A stretch of 64,000 nucleotides of DNA from NCBI RefSeq assembly GCF_000143415.4, contig NW_003314274.1:1378851-1442850 (forward strand), given 5' to 3'. Of the stretch, positions 63,668 to 64,000 are shown piece after piece. The position numbers and the translations under genes are program-made. How positions within the stretch are numbered: the first letter of the stretch is position 1; every line of letters starts with the position of its first letter. The DNA comes from Selaginella moellendorffii (lineage: Eukaryota; Plantae; Lycopodiophyta). The notes below the pieces were generated by a model that was given only the letters and a program-made list of their open reading frames with translations, was not told the DNA's origin and did not search any database.

Positions 63668-64000
63668 CTACAGGCGGGTCAGATGGCATCCTCTCTTTCA
63701 TATGAAGAGCTTGTCATAGATTCTAAAGTCCCGAGGCTTGGTTTTGCGATTGACAGGGATGGACTGAAGTTGTGGCGAGGCTTTCAGAGATCCATCTCGT
63801 GGGCGAAAGCCTGGTGATGTGAGTAGTGCATCGGTACAAGTTGGGATATTAAGTTCCCTGGTATGTTTCTTGTTATTCCCCAAGCATTTTACTTTGAAAG
63901 CTCTAGCACCAGAAAGACCACTGAACCGGGCAAACAGTGTGGTCTCCAAGAAGTGATAGACGCTCAACTTATAGTTACGTATATGACAGTCCGGCTTCTC

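Overview
Compact land-plant genomic DNA with 45-60 bp introns, flagellar genes (IFT20, DRC1) and S-motif-rich PLS PPR genes. This is most consistent with a lycophyte such as Selaginella (inference). 1-3.3 kb: deletion-riddled pseudogenes (Lhca3-like, alpha-tubulin, an ATPase-like fragment). 3.4-28.5 kb: dense genes, namely 2 PPR, TENA_E, IFT20, peroxisomal BioF, 2 non-catalytic pepsin-fold secreted proteins, NF-YB, a group IIb WRKY with a W-box-rich upstream region, a purple acid phosphatase, an HD-domain protein, DRC1, and a Pro-rich gene built from tandem exon+intron units. 28.4-63.7 kb: two ~4.65 kb inverted arms, each with an intact F-box gene that is itself flanked by an older ~500 bp inverted repeat. 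The arms enclose a 26 kb nest of retroelements: 5S-rRNA-bearing Cassandra TRIMs, a second TRIM family, an LTR element with satellite-containing LTRs forming a palindrome, a full-length non-chromovirus Gypsy with an extra 3' ORF, and a decayed Gypsy. Most of these sit in a split SWIM-finger gene relic, and target-site duplications are readable for 8 insertions. All calls are by eye and from recalled family motifs; no searches were run.
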